DNA from: Azolla caroliniana
Taxonomy: Eukaryota > Plantae > Polypodiophyta
Assembly (NCBI GenBank): GCA_043228905.1
Contig: JBHGNT010000005.1
Coordinates: forward strand, 11,470,001-11,534,000
Reading direction: 5' to 3'
Length of the DNA: 64,000 nt
In this document: piece by piece, positions 60,701-64,000 of the stretch
Layout of the letters: every line of letters starts with the position of its first letter
Position numbering within the stretch: position 1 is the first letter of the stretch
Notes under the pieces: generated by a model
Database searches by the model: none
What the model was told of the DNA's origin: nothing
The model's input: the letters and a program-made list of their open reading frames with translations, nothing else
Position numbers and translations under genes: made by a program

Positions 60701-63700
60701 TGTAAAAAGAAACGTGCGGAAGCAGGTATGAAGACAGAACAGAGGAAGGAAACTCAGGCTCAATGGAGAGCTTGGGCTTACACGGTATACGCAGGAGAGA
60801 CAGAGAGAGAGCAGAAAACTATATTCAATAATAATACTCAGTCTGTACATAAGACGTGCTCAGTGAACACTATTATACAAGCCCTAGAAGGACTGACTGA
60901 AGTACTGACAGTACTTCAATGCTCATCAAGAGCTCCTACACTAACTCCCAAATATATTCCTCACGGAATATCTTTCCTAACGACCTCCCGGTTTACGCAC
61001 TTAGCCTAACCGATCGGTCCCAACCGATCCGGTCCTCAGCTTCTTCAGCCGAACCGGCCAATGTTGAGCTTGTCTCTCAACACTCCACCTCAAGCTCAAC
61101 TTGAGGCTCTTCAGGATCCTTGGGCACACAGCTCCGGTTCCTCCTGGCTTCACGCCTCGTTCGCGCTCCTCGACCTGTTCGACTCCGCGCGCTTCGACCC
61201 TTACGGTCGGCTTGTCTGCTCATGTGACCCTTATCAGCTCTTCTGCTATTGCGTTGTCGACACTTCTTCTACTGCCTTTTCTTCCACTTGGGCCTCGGTT
61301 GATTCAACGTGTCTGAATCAAACATCCGAACCGACTCGACTACTTCCGATCGGTTTTCGCTCTCGTTCGAGTTGGCTGTCTCCAACTCATCTTCGGTCTT
61401 CTCGTCCTCGATTGCGTCATCTCCCCCATGCGTGGTTGGCATCGGCTCTCTCCTTTGGCTACTCCCCTTCTGTCTGCTTCTGAACTTTTCCGCGGGTCCG
61501 TCCTCGGCTTCTTCAGCCGATCCGATGTCGAACTTGTCAAGAGACTCGGTGTCACAGTGTCCGCTCCTTTCCTGCTGCCTTGCTTGGTCGTTCGGGACTG
61601 TTCTCCCCCTCAAGTTCGGCACATCGAGGTGACGCAACCCGAGCGCACCTGAGAATTGCCGCAACTTGTCCAGACCAAGAGGCTTGGTGAAGATGTTGGC
61701 AGTCTGCCGATCCGTCGGAACGTACTGAAGTTCGACTTCACCGGAAAGGACACGCTCACGAACGAAATGGTAGTGCACCTCAATGTGCTTGGTCCGTGCG
61801 TGGAAGACGGGGTTCTTCGTGAGCTGGATGCTGCTGAAGTTGTCACAGTAGATCGTCATCGGATCTGACACCTCCACGTGCAGGTCCTTAAGTAACTGCT
61901 TCAACCATATGGCTTCGCATGTCGCGACAGCCGCTCCTCGGTACTCAGCTTCGGTGCTCGACAGTGCAACAGTCGGTTGCTTCTTACTGCTCCACACAAT
62001 CGCGGCACTCCCAAGGGAGAATGCGTATCCATACGTGGATCGGCGATCGGCGGCGTTGCCAGCCCAATCAGCATCGGTGTAGCCAACTAACTACGCGGCT
62101 GTACCGGTCCAATGTAGCAGTCCTCGGTCCTTAGTGCCACTTACGTATCGCAGTACGCGTTGCGCACACTGAAGGTGCTCCTCGGTATGTTGCGCCATGA
62201 ACTGACTGATCACCCCGACCGGATAACTAAGGTCGGGTCGGGTGATGGTCAAGTATATGAGGCTTCCGACAATTTGCCAGAACCTCGTCGGGTTGCATAC
62301 CTTTCCCGTATCGGGACGAAGCTTGATGGTTCTGTCCAGAGGAGTCGAGACGGTCTTACAGTCGGCCATCCCGAATTTGAAGAGCATACTCAGCAAGCAG
62401 TGACGTTGGCTAATCAATATGCCTTCGGGGGTACGCATCACTTCGATCCCGAGGAAGTAATGAAGGTCCCCCAGATCCTTCATGTCGAACGATATCGCAA
62501 GCTGGAGCTTCACCCGGTCGATTTCACCTAGGTCGGCGCTAGTGATGACCAAGTCATCAACATATAGTAAAATACTAACCGGTCTGAGTCGACCTTTCCG
62601 GATGACGTGGCAAAGCCCATCCGACGCAGTTGTTGTGTGATCTTCGCGTTCCAGGCACGCAAGGCTTGCTTAAGTCCGTAAAGGGACTTCTTCAGTCGGC
62701 ATACTACCGAGGAGTTCCTTCCGGAGTGAAATCCGGGGCGCTGTACCATGTACACCTGTTCCTTAAGGTCACCTTGCAGGAACGCATTCTTTACATCCAT
62801 CTGATGTAAGTGCCACCCCTTGGCCGCGGCTATTGCGAGCAAAACACGGACGGTCGTCATTTTCGCGACCGGCGCAAACGTCTCATCGTAGTCAATGCCA
62901 TGTTTCTGCGCGTAGCCCTTTGCCACCAGCCGAGCCTTGTACCGGTTGACCGAGCCATCGGTGTTGTACTTGACATTGTACACCCACCTACACCCGATCG
63001 GTTTTACCCCTTTTGGTGCGTCAACCAGGTCCCAGGTCTCGTTTTCCGCCAATGTGTGCATCTCTTCCTCCATCGCGGCACGCCAATTCACGTCTTTAAC
63101 CACTTCTGCGTAGCACTCCGGCTCACGCACTTCCGCTACACGGGTCATGTACGCATAATGATGCGCCATGTACTCGTTGTATCCGAACCACAAAACACGA
63201 TTCTTCTGGCGGGTAGATCGGCGTAATCTCACATCAGCCGATGTCGAGGCCTTCTCGGTCGACACGGTCTTCATTTTTAAAGACCCGTCACCGGTTCCCT
63301 CGGAGTTGGTCTCGCGTCGGTCTGACTCGTTCCTATCTGTGCCGGAATCCGACACCTTCTTCTCCCTTTCTCTTTGCGCGTGAGCCGTCTCCTCGGCTTC
63401 CTGCGCGGGGAATGCACGACCGAGTCTCCACTACTCGCCGGCTCTTCATCGGACTGGTCGTACCGACTCATTCGTCCAATCGGTCCACTTAACCGGAGTG
63501 AAATCGGACTCTCTTCGCGGGTCTCGATTTCAGGCCCATCCGGAGGCATCTCGGCCTCGCTGACCTCATCGTCAGAGCTCGGATTGGAGTCGGGGTTCCG
63601 AGTCGGGGGCAGGTACTAGGATGCAGACTTGTCAAACACAACGTCGCGGCTGACACGCGCTTGTTTGGTGCGAGGGTTATAGCACTTATAACCCTTCTGC

Positions 63701-64000
63701 TTGTCCGAGTAACCAACCAAGATGCACTTCTTGGCCTTTGCGTCCAGCTTCCTCCTTTTCTCCTTCGGTACATGCACATACGCAATGCTACCGAACATCC
63801 TCAAGTGTCGCAAGTTCGGCTTCGTTCCGAAATATAGCTCGTGCACTGACACTTTGTCTCCGATCCGGTCTGGATGTATATCGCGGTCCTTACCGCCTCA
63901 GCCCAGTAGAACTTGGGCAAGCTCTTCTCCTCCAGAATTGCCCGTGCCGCTTCCACAATTGACCGATTCTTTCTCTCGGCCACGCCGTTCTGCTTTGGCG
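60701..64000 (-). mobile_element. Element M: 3' part of a G-family Copia (INT, RT, RNase H, PPT, LTR 60701-61082)
   Basis: [22 protein letters not shown] and HARTKHIEV motifs. LTR TGTTGAG...TTTACA on the minus strand. Confidence 0.94.

Overview
Eukaryotic, plant-type intergenic DNA with no recognisable host gene. A non-seed plant is suspected from the element types, but that is inference only. The window is almost entirely a nested pile of LTR retrotransposons. (1) A Ty3/Gypsy group primed by tRNA-Trp, with TGTCG...CGACA termini and a GT-rich PPT: one near-complete gag-PR/pol copy (C), three pol fragments, and three gag-only non-autonomous elements (B, E, I). (2) Several Ty1/Copia elements primed by tRNA-iMet, two of them bounded by 5-bp TSDs (D, H). 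(3) A second Gypsy type carrying an extra ORF downstream of integrase. (4) A LINE RT fragment. (5) A 6 x 1077-bp tandem array of a dead Copia integrase segment. The most notable signals are a tRNA-like Pol III (A-box/B-box) module lying antisense inside two otherwise dissimilar Gypsy LTR families, an apparent 4-bp CpG-centred target site for the Trp-primed group, gag-only elements sharing a Gag+repeat ORF and a pre-PPT hairpin, and several non-standard LTR junctions. Element letters (A-M) are my own labels. Coordinates were read by eye.
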